Source of the DNA: Saccharospirillaceae bacterium
GTDB lineage: Bacteria > Pseudomonadota > Gammaproteobacteria > Pseudomonadales > Natronospirillaceae
Length of the DNA: 24,000 nt
Assembly: GCA_007116635.1 (NCBI GenBank)
Contig: SKIB01000023.1
Coordinates: forward strand, 17,505-41,504
Direction: 5' to 3'
Shown: in pieces, positions 7,410-18,969 of the stretch
How the letters are laid out: each line of letters begins with the position of its first letter
Numbering within the stretch: position 1 is the stretch's first letter
The notes under the pieces: generated by a model
Databases searched by the model: none
What the model was told of the DNA's origin: nothing
The model's input: the letters and a program-made list of their open reading frames with translations, nothing else
Program-made: the position numbers and the translations under genes

Positions 7410-8275
7410 GGCTGGGGCTCCAAAATTTGCAGCCGCACATTGCCTTCGCCCTGACTTCTTTGTTCATCAATGAAAAAAGTCATGCGGTCAGCTTGTTGCT
7501 GGTAACCCAATTGTTTAAGTGAGGCATCTCTTTGGCTCAGGAGTCGGTCTGGGTCTCGGTGATAGCTTAGTTGCTCACCATCAAGGTATAGCGGTAGTTC
7601 TTCGCCCTCAAGCAAGGCTGAGCTTTGAGCAGGCTGGCCATTGGCAAGAAAATGATTGATACCAAAATCATCCACTTCCAGTAAGAAGTCATCTGCTATA
7701 AGGGTTAGGCTTTGCTGTTCGAGGCTTACATTGCCGATTAACTGCCAGCGTTGTTCGTCTACCCACCAAGTGAGCTGATCAGAATTAAAAATCATATCCG
7801 AGGGTTGTTCGGAGTTGGCCAGCCAGCTAGGTGCTTCAAAGTCTAGAAGGATCGTTTGGGTCTGGCCCTGGGCTTTAAGGATTTGCTCTAACTGCTCAAA
7901 TATGAGTTGCTCAGCAGTCAGGGTAACCTCAGGGTGCTCAAGCTTGGCTTGCTGCTTGGCTTGATAGCGATCCTCAAGAGGCCAGACTGTTAACTCCAGA
8001 GCGCTGATTTCAATTGGGTTTTCTGGGTCTCGCCAGTCATTTAGCACTGCAGGCTGGCCAAGGGCTTGTAGTTCACGAATCTGCTGGCCCTCCAAGAAAA
8101 CCAGTAATGTATCGGCCTCTAGTCGCATGCCGTCCTGGGTGGCTACAACTTGTTCCAGATAGCGTATTTGGCCCTGGCGAAGATCTGCTTCGGTGCGCTC
8201 AGCTTTAATGTTGATTTCAAGCGTCAAGCCAAAGCAGGGCACCAGAAGTAATAACCTAATCAGATGAGAATACAT
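7406..8275 (-). CDS. lptA: Enlarged LptA/OstA-domain periplasmic protein (289 aa), apparently two LptA-like domains
   Basis: Signal-like N-terminus; first unit [40 protein letters not shown]...; second unit [41 protein letters not shown]...FLANGQPAQ...; sits between lptC and lptB with ATGA overlap to lptB. Confidence 0.85.
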   Translation of the reverse strand: MYSHLIRLLLLVPCFGLTLEINIKAERTEADLRQGQIRYLEQVVATQDGMRLEADTLLVFLEGQQIRELQALGQPAVLNDWRDPENPIEISALELTVWPLEDRYQAKQQAKLEHPEVTLTAEQLIFEQLEQILKAQGQTQTILLDFEAPSWLANSEQPSDMIFNSDQLTWWVDEQRWQLIGNVSLEQQSLTLIADDFLLEVDDFGINHFLANGQPAQSSALLEGEELPLYLDGEQLSYHRDPDRLLSQRDASLKQLGYQQQADRMTFFIDEQRSQGEGNVRLQILEPQP

Positions 8276-8795
8276 ACAAACTGTCCAGATGTTGAGGCAA
8301 TGTTATGTGCTGCTGATCCATATCGAATAGCAAGCCTATGGATTGAAACTGGTGTTCAGTAAATTGAATCCAGGTAAACAGTTCGCTGCTAACCTGCGAG
8401 TTGCTTTGATTCCAAAGTAGTTGGTCGCTCTTAACTTCCAAGAAGTAAGGTTGCCATTGCTCGAGAATGGCGTTGCCAGTGACCAGTAGTTCAGGCTCAG
8501 TATAGCGTAGATGGTCGCCCTGTAGTTGACGGTGTTCAGGTAGTAGTTCTGACCACACAAAATTAGTCAGTATTTGGTGCTCTGGTTGACGGTAATGACG
8601 CATTTCCTTGGCTAGCAAATGGTTGATGACTTCACCCTGTTCATTGAATTGCCAGCGTTCAATGTCGGTACCAAAGCTCAGAAGCTCAGCACTGTTAAGT
8701 TCTGGGTCTAAGATTGTCCCTGATTCAGGTTTTGGCCATAGCCAAATAAGGGTCAAAATGAGGCCAGCAGCAATCACTAACCAGAGTCGACGCAT
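8256..8795 (-). CDS. lptC: LPS export system protein LptC
   Basis: 179 aa, single N-terminal TM helix (MRRLWLVIAAGLILTLIWLW), SDQLLWNQSNSQVSS-type LptC motif, position upstream of lptA. Confidence 0.85.
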   Translation of the reverse strand: MRRLWLVIAAGLILTLIWLWPKPESGTILDPELNSAELLSFGTDIERWQFNEQGEVINHLLAKEMRHYRQPEHQILTNFVWSELLPEHRQLQGDHLRYTEPELLVTGNAILEQWQPYFLEVKSDQLLWNQSNSQVSSELFTWIQFTEHQFQSIGLLFDMDQQHITLPQHLDSLYVFSSD

Positions 8796-9766
8796 TAGGC
8801 AACACCCGCTTTTAATAGGTCATGCATATGGATTACGCCAATGGCACTGCCCTGTTGCATGCATACCAGTGCGCTGATGCTGTGCTCTTCCATCAGGCGT
8901 AAGGCCTCGGCGGCCAAGGCGTTGGCCTCGATACCCACGCCACCTCTGGTCATGAGTTCATCAATTTTTGCACTTTGCAAGTTAACGCCCTTGTCGAGCG
9001 CTCGCCTGAGGTCGCCGTCAGTGAAAATACCAAGATGCTGACCTAGTTCATTATGTACTGTTGTCATGCCCAAGCCTTTGTGCGTAATTTCCATTAGAGC
9101 GTCTAGTACTGGGCTGCCCACTTTAACCCTGGGTAAGCGTTCGCCCTGGTGCATCAAATCCTCGACCCTTAATAACAGTCGCTTACCCAGGCTGCCACCT
9201 GGGTGTGATAATGCAAAATCGTTAGCGCTAAAGCCCCTGGCATCTAATAGGCAAATAGCCAGTGCATCACCCATTACCAGGGCAGCAGTGGTAGAGCTGG
9301 TAGGGGCTAGATTTAACGGGCAGGCTTCTACTTCAACCTCGGTAACAAGGGCGGCATCGGCCAGTTTGGCCAGCGTACTGTGCCTGTCCTTGGTTAGAGA
9401 AATCAAGGGCGTGCCCAGGCGTTTAGCCAGCGGCAGAATGTCCAGTAGCTCACGAGTTTCACCGGAGTGAGAAAGAGCAATGATCACATCGTTTTTGGTA
9501 ATCATACCAAGATCACCATGACTGGCCTCGCCGGGATGAACAAAAAATGCTGGTGTGCCCGTACTGGCAAGGGTGGCTGCAATCTTGTTGGCAATGTGAC
9601 CTGACTTGCCCATGCCTGTCACAACGACCCTTTGCTTGCAGTCTAGGATCAGTTGGCAGGCCTTGCTGAACTGTTGATCAATCAGTGAGCGCAAATGGCT
9701 GATTGCCTGGGCTTGATCGTCGATGCTTTGCTGGGCGATGTGCAAATTAATAGATTTTTTATGCAT
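8795..9766 (-). CDS. kdsD: D-arabinose 5-phosphate isomerase (KpsF/GutQ family)
   Basis: SIS domain (VVVTGMGKSGHIANKIAATLASTGTPAFFVHPGEASHGDLGMI) followed by tandem CBS domains. Confidence 0.95.
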   Translation of the reverse strand: MHKKSINLHIAQQSIDDQAQAISHLRSLIDQQFSKACQLILDCKQRVVVTGMGKSGHIANKIAATLASTGTPAFFVHPGEASHGDLGMITKNDVIIALSHSGETRELLDILPLAKRLGTPLISLTKDRHSTLAKLADAALVTEVEVEACPLNLAPTSSTTAALVMGDALAICLLDARGFSANDFALSHPGGSLGKRLLLRVEDLMHQGERLPRVKVGSPVLDALMEITHKGLGMTTVHNELGQHLGIFTDGDLRRALDKGVNLQSAKIDELMTRGGVGIEANALAAEALRLMEEHSISALVCMQQGSAIGVIHMHDLLKAGVA

Positions 9767-9932
9767 GGTATCTTAGCTTAAGGAAGGCATGGCAGAATGT
9801 ATCAAGTGCTAGTGATAATTGCCAGTCTGGGTATGCTGGCAGCTAGGAAATATCTGAATTTTGCTCTGGCTTTGAGCATGCAAGCTGATCATCATTGCTC
9901 TATAATGGCGGCAATTTTGCTGGAGAGAGCCA

Positions 9933-11431
<1,499 letters not shown>

Positions 11432-11440
11432 GATCAACTG

Positions 11441-12088
11441 ATGACTAAACAAGATGACATGGTAATAGCTCTGTCCAAGGGTCGAATCTTAGACGATACC
11501 CTGCCCTTGCTTGCTAAGGCTGGTATTGAACCTTTAGAAGATGTACGCAGCAGTCGCAAGCTGATTTTTCCAACCAATCAGCCTAATCTGTCTTTGATCG
11601 TCATACGTGCCACTGACGTACCCACCTATGTAGAGCGCGGGGTGGCGCATCTTGGTATTGCCGGTAAAGACGTGCTCATGGAGCATGGGGCTAAAGACAT
11701 TTATGAGTTGCTGGATTTACGCATCGCCCGTTGCCGCTTAATGACGGCTGGAATTAAAGGTGTTCCCAGAGTTAAGGGCAGGGTGCGAGTCGCCAGCAAG
11801 TTCACCAGTATTGCTCGAAGTTATTTTGCTGAGCGAGGTAAGCAGGTCGATATCATCAAGCTGTATGGCGGCATGGAGCTGGCACCCTTGCTGGGCTTGG
11901 CCGATGAGATCGTCGACATTGTTGATACTGGTAAGACTCTTACAGCCAATGGCCTTGAGCCACGAGAGTTGATTGCTGATATTTCTTCACGTTTGATTGT
12001 CAGTCGTGCTGCCTATAAGCGTAATCAACAGCAGATTGATCCCATAGTAGAAAAATTAGCTGCTGCTATGGCACAGCTGGAGGTTTAG
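11441..12088 (+). CDS. hisG: ATP phosphoribosyltransferase, short (HisG-S) form
   Basis: 215 aa; [22 protein letters not shown]; [12 protein letters not shown]; [20 protein letters not shown]. Confidence 0.96.
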   Translation: MTKQDDMVIALSKGRILDDTLPLLAKAGIEPLEDVRSSRKLIFPTNQPNLSLIVIRATDVPTYVERGVAHLGIAGKDVLMEHGAKDIYELLDLRIARCRLMTAGIKGVPRVKGRVRVASKFTSIARSYFAERGKQVDIIKLYGGMELAPLLGLADEIVDIVDTGKTLTANGLEPRELIADISSRLIVSRAAYKRNQQQIDPIVEKLAAAMAQLEV

Positions 12089-13405
12089 ATGATAGAAATT
12101 CGCCGTTTAAGCATTCAGGACACCGACTTCCAACAGCAGTTACAGCAGCTGCTGGCCTGGGAAGGGGTTTCTGATGAGTCTGTGCAGCAGGGTGTTAAAC
12201 AAATCATTGCTCAGGTGCGCCAGGGTGGTGACCAGGTATTGGTAGAGCTGACTAATCGCTTTGATCGTACCTCGGCCCAGGCTATGCATGAGCTGGTGAT
12301 TGAGCAGGCAGAGCTGCAACAGGCCCTTGAGCGGTTGCCGCAGTCACAGCGTGACGCCTTAACAGTGGCAGCGCAACGCATTCGTGATTATCACCAGCGT
12401 CAGTTGCAAACCTCTTGGCGGTACACCGAAGCTGATGGCACCGTACTTGGTCAGCAAATTACCCCTTTGGACTCGGTAGGGCTGTATGTACCCGCCGGCA
12501 CGGCTCCCTTAGCTTCCAGCGTGCTGATGAATGCCATTCCAGCGCAAGTAGCCGGCGTCCAGCAGTTGGTGATGGTAAGTCCTATGCCTGAGGGTAAGCG
12601 TTCTGACTTTTTGTTGGCTGCTGCTGCTCTGGCGGGCATTACCCGGGTATTCGCTATTGGTGGTGCTCAAGCAGTGGCCGCCCTGGCCTATGGCACGCAA
12701 ACCGTACCGGCAGTTGATAAGATCGTTGGTCCTGGTAATACCTGGGTGGCTACGGCCAAACGCGAAGTTTTTGGCAAGGTCGGTATCGATATGATTGCTG
12801 GGCCCAGTGAGATCCTTGTTGTTTCGGATGGCAGTACCTCTGCCAGCTGGTTGGCCGAAGACATGTTTTCTCAGGCCGAGCACGACACTCTGGCGCAATC
12901 CATTTTGATCAGTACCAGTGCTGAGCATCTGGAGGCTGTGGCTCAGGCCATGAGCGAGCAGGTGGAAACTCACCCCAGAGCCGACATTATCCGTAAGTCC
13001 TTGGCCGACCGTGGCGCTTTAATATTGGTTGATAATGAGCAACAGGCCCTAGACCTGATCAATCAGATTGCGCCAGAGCACTTGGAGCTGTCAGTATCCG
13101 ATCCTGAGTCTTGGTTGCCTGGTATTCGCCACGCGGGTGCTATCTTTATGGGTGCCTACAGTGCTGAGTCCTTAGGCGATTATTGCGCTGGTCCGAACCA
13201 TGTGTTGCCCACTTCGGGTTCGGCACGATTTAGTTCGCCACTTGGCGTTTATGATTTCCAAAAGCGCTCCAGCATCATTTTTGCTAGTGCTCAGGGTGCC
13301 AACAAATTGGGTAAGGTCGCAGCTGAGCTGGCTAGGGGAGAGGGCTTGGAGGCTCATGCTCGTAGTGCATTGTGCCGAGTAACAGATCAGCGAGGTGATG
13401 CATGA
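12089..13405 (+). CDS. hisD: Histidinol dehydrogenase
   Basis: [22 protein letters not shown]; [17 protein letters not shown]-like motif; [15 protein letters not shown]; [13 protein letters not shown]. Confidence 0.98.
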   Translation: MIEIRRLSIQDTDFQQQLQQLLAWEGVSDESVQQGVKQIIAQVRQGGDQVLVELTNRFDRTSAQAMHELVIEQAELQQALERLPQSQRDALTVAAQRIRDYHQRQLQTSWRYTEADGTVLGQQITPLDSVGLYVPAGTAPLASSVLMNAIPAQVAGVQQLVMVSPMPEGKRSDFLLAAAALAGITRVFAIGGAQAVAALAYGTQTVPAVDKIVGPGNTWVATAKREVFGKVGIDMIAGPSEILVVSDGSTSASWLAEDMFSQAEHDTLAQSILISTSAEHLEAVAQAMSEQVETHPRADIIRKSLADRGALILVDNEQQALDLINQIAPEHLELSVSDPESWLPGIRHAGAIFMGAYSAESLGDYCAGPNHVLPTSGSARFSSPLGVYDFQKRSSIIFASAQGANKLGKVAAELARGEGLEAHARSALCRVTDQRGDA

Positions 13406-14187
13406 GTCTTGCCGCGGTGCAACTCAATCAATATCTGACTGATATGCTTGGCAGCCATGGGCTCAAAGACTATTGTGCTAACGGCTGGCAAGTGCAGGGC
13501 AGGGCACAAATCAGCAAGCTGGTGACCGGTGTGACGGCCAGTCAGACCTTTTTGCAACAGGCCATTGCTGCAGGTGCTGATGCTGTTTTGGTGCATCATG
13601 GTTGGTTTTGGCAGGGCGAGGATCCTCGTGTTTTGGGTGTTAAGTACCAGCGTTTGAGTCAGGTGATAAAGTCTGACTTAAATCTCTTTGCCTATCATTT
13701 GCCCTTGGATCTGCACCCTGAGTTTGGTAACAATGTTTGTCTTGGGCGTTTATTGGCAGTGCAAAACTTGCGCACATTAAGTGGTAAAGCCTTGACGGCA
13801 ACTAATCCTGAGTTAGTGTTGCGAGCTGAGCTTCCTCAGGCCATCACTCTGGCCGAGTTACAGGGGCGGCTGGCTTCGCTCTTGGACTTTGATCCACTGT
13901 TGATAGGTGATCCTGAGCGTCAGGTGCGGCGCATCAGTTGGTGTACTGGCGCAGCCATGCGCGAGTTTCAGTCCATGGTAGCTGCTGGAATGGCCTCAGA
14001 CATAGATGTCTTTATCTCTGGAGAGATTTCTGAACCCTGTACTCACCTAGCGCTGGAGTCTGGTATTGCCTATTTGGCTGCTGGCCATCATGCTACTGAG
14101 CGGCTAGGGGTTCAGGCAATTGGCGAGCATTTAGCCCAGACCTTTGGTGTGCAGCATCAATTTATTGATTGTCCGGTGCCGGTATGA
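13402..14187 (+). CDS. NIF3/YbgI-family metal-binding protein (GTP cyclohydrolase I type 2 homolog)
   Basis: CANGWQVQG...[30 protein letters not shown]...[14 protein letters not shown]...[23 protein letters not shown] overlap with hisD. Confidence 0.92.
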   Translation: MSLAAVQLNQYLTDMLGSHGLKDYCANGWQVQGRAQISKLVTGVTASQTFLQQAIAAGADAVLVHHGWFWQGEDPRVLGVKYQRLSQVIKSDLNLFAYHLPLDLHPEFGNNVCLGRLLAVQNLRTLSGKALTATNPELVLRAELPQAITLAELQGRLASLLDFDPLLIGDPERQVRRISWCTGAAMREFQSMVAAGMASDIDVFISGEISEPCTHLALESGIAYLAAGHHATERLGVQAIGEHLAQTFGVQHQFIDCPVPV

Positions 14188-14492
14188 AACAACTATCTGA
14201 TGACGAATTGCAGGCCTATCTACTAGGTCAAACATCAACCATTGATTTTGTGGCCTTGCAGCCAAACTTTGCGCGTGGTCAGTGTATCTGGCTGGCGCCA
14301 AGCTTGGATTTATTGCAAGTTGCCAAAGCCATGATTCAGGATCATGCTGAGCAAATCAAGGCTTGGCAGCAGCAAGGGCTGGTAAAGGCCTTGCCAGATC
14401 AGCAAGCCGAACAGTGGTTAACCACCAAGGCGCAGGTTTGGGCTTTGGTGGTTACTCCTTGGGTACTGGTGCAAGACCTTAATAAGGATTAA
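14184..14492 (+). CDS. DUF2288 family protein
   Basis: FARGQCIWLAPSLDLLQVAKAMIQDHAEQIKAWQQQGLVKALPDQQAEQWLTTKAQVWALVVTPWVLVQ. ATGA overlap with the Nif3 gene. Confidence 0.75.
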   Translation: MKQLSDDELQAYLLGQTSTIDFVALQPNFARGQCIWLAPSLDLLQVAKAMIQDHAEQIKAWQQQGLVKALPDQQAEQWLTTKAQVWALVVTPWVLVQDLNKD

Positions 14493-16053
14493 TGGGGACA
14501 TCCATCACCAGTTGTTGGCCAGTTCGTAATTGATTAATGTTATTGCGTTGGCGAATGTGCTGGCTGCTGACATTGAATCTGCTACTAATGCTGCTGAGGG
14601 TGTCACCTGGTCTTACTTGGTAAAATACCGTTCTGGTGATCACTTCTCTGGGCCCCTGTGGCTGTTGGTTGCTGGAGCTGCTGGCAAATATTTGTAGCTC
14701 CTGACCAATCCGCAATACGGCATTTGAGTTGAGATTATTCCATTGCGTAAGCTGAGCCACAGTTACCCCATGTTGGCGCGCAATGGTCCATAGACTTTCA
14801 CCTGCTCGTACTTGGTGCGTGGCTGTGCTGGCTTGATCCTGCGGGTTAGGTTGATGAATACTTAGGGCGCTTGACCCAGGAATCAATAATTCTTGACCGA
14901 TACGTATTAGGTTGCCTTCTAAATTGTTACTGGTTTTTATGATGTCAATTGTGCTGTTGTACTGTTGTGCAATGCCGCCTAGGGTGTCGCCTGCCACAAC
15001 AATATGTCTTTGCCACTGAATGCGCTCTTTTTGGGGAAGGCTGCCAAGGAATTCAACCACTTTGTCTTCATGCTCTTTAGGCACTAGTAAGCGATGAGGG
15101 CCGAGTGGCGGTGTGCTCCAGCGGTTTAAGCCTGGGTTGAGTCTGTACAGTTGGTCAAGTTCAAGTTGTAAAAGATTGGCAATCAGGCCTAAGTCGATTT
15201 GCCCGCCGGTATAAACCTCAACAAAACTAGGTTCTTTGCTTAGCTCGGGCAGGGCAATGTTATGTTGCTCCGGGTAGCTCATTAGTTCGCTCATGGCAAT
15301 GATCTTGCCAACGTACTCTCGGGTTTCTCGGTTGAGTTGCAAAGACCAGTAGTCATCATCTAGGCCTTGTTCTCTGTTGCGCTGTTGAGCTCGCAAAATG
15401 GTGCCAGCGCCACCATTATAGGCGGCAATGGCTAGGGGCCAGTCGTTGAAGGTACGATAGTGCTGCTCAAGGTAGTCCAGAGCAACCTGAGTAGCGGCGA
15501 TGATGTCTCGTCTTCCGTCATACCACCAATCCTGCTCTAAACCAAAGTGCCGACCAGTACTGGGTATAAACTGCCAAATACCAGCAGCACGACCTTGAGA
15601 AAAGGCAAAGGGGTCGAGGTTGCTTTCAATGATGGGTAGCATTAAGAGTTCACTGGGCAAGCCTCTTTTGCTAATTTGCTGCTGTATGTAGGGTAGGTAC
15701 AGCTCACCACGCTCTTGAAGTTGAGAAAACAGTCCTGTTTGGTGAGCGTAATGTTGAATATGAGCTTCCACTCTGTCATTAGGGAAGTCGAGTATTTGTC
15801 TTGTTTGATGCCATTGTGACCAAGGATCAGAGGCCATTTCAGGCTGCTGGGTATTTGTGGTCGGCTCAGGTTGTTGCTTGCCTTGGCCGTGCTGCCAAAA
15901 TTCAGAAGATTCTTGATCGCGATTGCTGGCCATGTCCTCAATAGTTGAGTGTTCATCAGAGACTAGGGTGTCTTGATCTGCTGTGATCGGCAGTAGGGTG
16001 CAAGCGCAGAGACAGAGAGAGCACATTAGAGCAATAAGAGGCGCTTTATTCAT
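14479..16053 (-). CDS. mltD: Membrane-bound lytic murein transglycosylase D-like lipoprotein with three LysM domains
   Basis: Start moved to ATG at 16053, giving MNKAPLIALMCSLCLCACTLLP (lipobox-like). SLT domain (LPSELLMLPIIESNLDPFAFSQGRAAGIWQFIPSTGRHFGL...AIAAYNGGAG) and three LysM repeats (VVAGDTLGGIAQQY; VRAGESLWTIARQH; VRPGDTLSSISSRF). Confidence 0.93.
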   Translation of the reverse strand: MNKAPLIALMCSLCLCACTLLPITADQDTLVSDEHSTIEDMASNRDQESSEFWQHGQGKQQPEPTTNTQQPEMASDPWSQWHQTRQILDFPNDRVEAHIQHYAHQTGLFSQLQERGELYLPYIQQQISKRGLPSELLMLPIIESNLDPFAFSQGRAAGIWQFIPSTGRHFGLEQDWWYDGRRDIIAATQVALDYLEQHYRTFNDWPLAIAAYNGGAGTILRAQQRNREQGLDDDYWSLQLNRETREYVGKIIAMSELMSYPEQHNIALPELSKEPSFVEVYTGGQIDLGLIANLLQLELDQLYRLNPGLNRWSTPPLGPHRLLVPKEHEDKVVEFLGSLPQKERIQWQRHIVVAGDTLGGIAQQYNSTIDIIKTSNNLEGNLIRIGQELLIPGSSALSIHQPNPQDQASTATHQVRAGESLWTIARQHGVTVAQLTQWNNLNSNAVLRIGQELQIFASSSSNQQPQGPREVITRTVFYQVRPGDTLSSISSRFNVSSQHIRQRNNINQLRTGQQLVMDVPINPY

Positions 16054-16188
16054 GGTTAAAGATGTTTTGTTTAGAAATTGACCGCAAATTTTATGCCCTG
16101 ACTTACAGGCTGGCAAGTTCGTTACGAATTTTTCCCCTTTGATGTGGTAGACTTCAAAAAACAGCACTTTTAAACACGAGTCGCATTT

Positions 16189-16935
16189 ATGTCCGATCAA
16201 GGCAAAGAGCGCCAGCGTCAACAATGGTACGCTAAGCAAACGGGGCAAATGTTGCTGGCTGCTGAGCGTCAGGCGGCTCAACATTTGCTGCGGGATAGCC
16301 TAGGGTTTCGTTTGCTGCAGTTAGATGCAGGTGCACAGTATCCACTATGGCTGGAACAGGGGTCAGGCTGCCATTGTTTGCTTTCGCTGCTTCCTTCACG
16401 CTGTCATTGTCCACAAATACAGGCTCGTAGTGACAGCCTGCCTTTTCAGTCAAAATCGCTTGATGTGATCATCATGCATCATAGTTTAGACTTCTCAGCC
16501 GATGCTTATGCCTCTTTAAGAGAGGCGAGTCGATGCTTAACAGACTCTGGCACGCTGTTGATCTTTGGTTTTAATCCCGGTATCTGGTCTTTATTGCGTC
16601 AGGTGCCGCCCTTGGCTCCAGTGTTGTCGGATGCACGATTTTTTTCGCCTCATCGTGTTGTTGACTGGTTGTCTTTGCTTGATTTGCAGTTAGAGTCCCT
16701 AGATTGGTTGCACCCAAAGTGCTGTCACTGGTTTGGTCGACAAGCACGAGAACCAAGCTTTGTTAGCCGCAAACTGGGGCATTTTTTGCCCTGGTTAAAT
16801 GCAAGCTATGTGATTAAGGCTCGCAAGCGTACTATGGCTCGTGTTTCAAATTCATTGTTGAGTCCGTTGCCCTTAGGTATCGCTAGGCCTCAGTTAAACC
16901 GAGATTCCTTAAAGGTTGAATCATGCGACAAATAA
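16189..16935 (+). CDS. SAM-dependent methyltransferase (Methyltransf_11-like)
   Basis: LPFQSKSLDVIIMHHSLDFSADAYASLREASRCLTDSGTLLIFGFNPGIWSLLR; located between mltD and dnaQ as in related gammaproteobacteria. Confidence 0.85.
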   Translation: MSDQGKERQRQQWYAKQTGQMLLAAERQAAQHLLRDSLGFRLLQLDAGAQYPLWLEQGSGCHCLLSLLPSRCHCPQIQARSDSLPFQSKSLDVIIMHHSLDFSADAYASLREASRCLTDSGTLLIFGFNPGIWSLLRQVPPLAPVLSDARFFSPHRVVDWLSLLDLQLESLDWLHPKCCHWFGRQAREPSFVSRKLGHFLPWLNASYVIKARKRTMARVSNSLLSPLPLGIARPQLNRDSLKVESCDK

Positions 16936-17630
16936 TTTTAGATACAGAAACCACGGGTCTTAGTCCGAATGATGGTCATCGTATCATTGAGATAGGTGCG
17001 GTTGAGTTGGTCGATAGAAAGTTGACTGGAAAACATTATCATCAATATATCAATCCATTGCGTCCAGTAGAGGATTCAGTTCGAATTCATGGTTTGACAG
17101 ATGACTATTTGCAGGATTTTCCTGTATTTGGCAAGGTTGTAGAAGATTTTTTGCGTTTTGTTGATGGGGCTGAGTTAGTTATTCATAACGCTAGCTTTGA
17201 CATGGCCTTTCTCGAGCATGAGCTGAGTCTATTATCAATCCGTCCTACTTTGGCTGAACGTTGTGCTGTGGTTGACAGCTTGCAGTTGGCTAAAGAGAAG
17301 TTTCCTGGTGGTAGAGTTTCTTTGGATGCGCTCTGTAAGCGTTTTGGGGTCGATAATTCTAATCGTCAACTGCATGGGGCTCTGTTGGATGCACAGCTGC
17401 TAACAGAGGTTTATCTACAGTTAACGGGAGGTCAGTTTGATTTTGGTTTTGATGATCAGCAGCAAGGTTCATCGGCAAGGCTTCAGTTTGATGAGGCTGA
17501 GTTTTCTGGGTTAGTGGCTAAATTATTGCCAGTACAACCAAGTCCTGAAGAGATAGATGAGCATCGAGCTTTTTTACAGGCAATGAGTAAAAAGTCAGAT
17601 CTTATTTGGCGAGCGGATGCCGAGGGTTGA
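16923..17630 (+). CDS. dnaQ: DNA polymerase III epsilon subunit (3'-5' exonuclease)
   Basis: RQIILDTETTGLSPNDGHRIIEIGAVE; VIHNASFDMAFLEHEL; SLDALCKRFGVDNSNRQLHGALLDAQLLTEVYL. Confidence 0.97.
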   Translation: MRQIILDTETTGLSPNDGHRIIEIGAVELVDRKLTGKHYHQYINPLRPVEDSVRIHGLTDDYLQDFPVFGKVVEDFLRFVDGAELVIHNASFDMAFLEHELSLLSIRPTLAERCAVVDSLQLAKEKFPGGRVSLDALCKRFGVDNSNRQLHGALLDAQLLTEVYLQLTGGQFDFGFDDQQQGSSARLQFDEAEFSGLVAKLLPVQPSPEEIDEHRAFLQAMSKKSDLIWRADAEG

Positions 17631-17646
17631 TGACTTGATTACTATG

Positions 17647-17685
17647 AGCAATAAAAAGGCTGGGTTTACCAGCCTTTTTATTGCT
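17647..17685. terminator. Strong bidirectional terminator between convergent dnaQ and gltA
   Basis: Perfect 17-bp inverted repeat AGCAATAAAAAGGCTGG-GTTTA-CCAGCCTTTTTATTGCT with 5-nt loop. Confidence 0.92.
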
Positions 17686-17700
17686 AGCTTAGAAAGTAGG

Positions 17701-18969
17701 TTACTTCACATCGCGAGGCGTTTTGCCTGAGTAAAGTTGGCGAGGTCGGCTGATGCGGGATTTTTGATCCAGCATTTCTTTCCAGTGAGCAATCCAGCCA
17801 GGTGTGCGACCAATGGCAAACATCACAGTGAACATTTCGGTTGGAATACCAATGGCTTTCAGGATGATGCCAGAGTAAAAATCCACATTGGGGTAGAGCT
17901 TTTTCTTGATGAAATATTCGTCTTCCAAGGCAATTTTTTCTAATTTCATCGCCATTTTCAGCAAGGGTTCGTCTTGCAAGCCAAGCTCGGTTAGTACCTC
18001 GTCGCAGGTTTGCTTCATTACCTTGGCACGAGGGTCGTAGCTCTTGTAAACACGATGACCAAAGCCCATTAAGCGGAACGGATCGCTCTTGTCTTTGGCC
18101 TTGGCTACATACTCATCAATGCGGCTTTCATCACCAATTTCTTCCAACATGCTAACCACAGCCTCATTGGCGCCGCCGTGAGCAGGGCCCCAGAGTGCTG
18201 CAATGCCAGCGGCGATGCAGGCAAAGGGGTTGGATCCTGTTGAGCCAGCGAGGCGAACGGTGGAGGTGGAGGCATTCTGCTCATGGTCGGCATGCAGGAT
18301 AAAGATGCGATCAACAGCTCGGGCAATCACCGGACTTACCTTATATTCGGCAGCAGGTGTTGAGAACATCATGTGCAAAAAATTACCGGCATAACCCAGG
18401 TCGTTGCGTGGGTAGATGCTTGGCTGGCCGATGCTGTACTTGTACGCCATGGCGGCCAGGGTAGGCATCTTGGAGATCAAACGGTGGGCGGCGATTTCAC
18501 GATGGCGCTCATTGTTGACATCTAATGAGTCGTGATAGAAAGCCGCCAAGGCGCCGGCTACACCAGTCAAGATGGCCATGGGGTGAGCGTCGCGGCGAAA
18601 GGCCTGAAACATTTCAGCCAACTGCTCATGAATCATGGTGTGATGAGTGATGATGTGCTCAAAGGATTTTTTTTGTTCAGCAGTGGGCAGGTCGCCATAG
18701 AGCAATAGGTGACAAACATCCAGATAATCGGAATGTTCCGCTAGCTGTTCGATCGGGTAGCCTCGATGCAGCAGCAAGCCCTTATCACCGTCAATAAAGG
18801 TAATTTGAGATTCGCAAGAGGCGGTGGACATGAATCCTGGGTCAAAACTAAGCAAGCCATGTGCTAAAAGGCTGCGAACATCAATGGCACTGGGTCCCAT
18901 GCTGCCCTCTAAGATTGGCAGTTCAATTGGGTCTCTGCCTTCAATATGCAGGGTAGCTACTTTTTCAGC
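17701..18969 (-). CDS. gltA: Citrate synthase (type II)
   Basis: [36 protein letters not shown]; [45 protein letters not shown]; [13 protein letters not shown]. Start adjusted to ATG at 18969. Confidence 0.98.
   Translation of the reverse strand, partial: AEKVATLHIEGRDPIELPILEGSMGPSAIDVRSLLAHGLLSFDPGFMSTASCESQITFIDGDKGLLLHRGYPIEQLAEHSDYLDVCHLLLYGDLPTAEQKKSFEHIITHHTMIHEQLAEMFQAFRRDAHPMAILTGVAGALAAFYHDSLDVNNERHREIAAHRLISKMPTLAAMAYKYSIGQPSIYPRNDLGYAGNFLHMMFSTPAAEYKVSPVIARAVDRIFILHADHEQNASTSTVRLAGSTGSNPFACIAAGIAALWGPAHGGANEAVVSMLEEIGDESRIDEYVAKAKDKSDPFRLMGFGHRVYKSYDPRAKVMKQTCDEVLTELGLQDEPLLKMAMKLEKIALEDEYFIKKKLYPNVDFYSGIILKAIGIPTEMFTVMFAIGRTPGWIAHWKEMLDQKSRISRPRQLYSGKTPRDVK

Noticed and set aside
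9066-9470. 134-aa plus-strand ORF in the track
   Set aside because: Antisense to kdsD; Ser/Ala/Arg-rich shadow translation.
12509-12973. 154-aa minus-strand ORF in the track
   Set aside because: Antisense to hisD; no supporting SD or homology.
16054-16284. N-terminal 77-aa extension of the mltD-like ORF
   Set aside because: It overlaps the divergent methyltransferase start; the lipoprotein signal begins at ATG 16053, so the extension is an artefact of longest-ORF calling.
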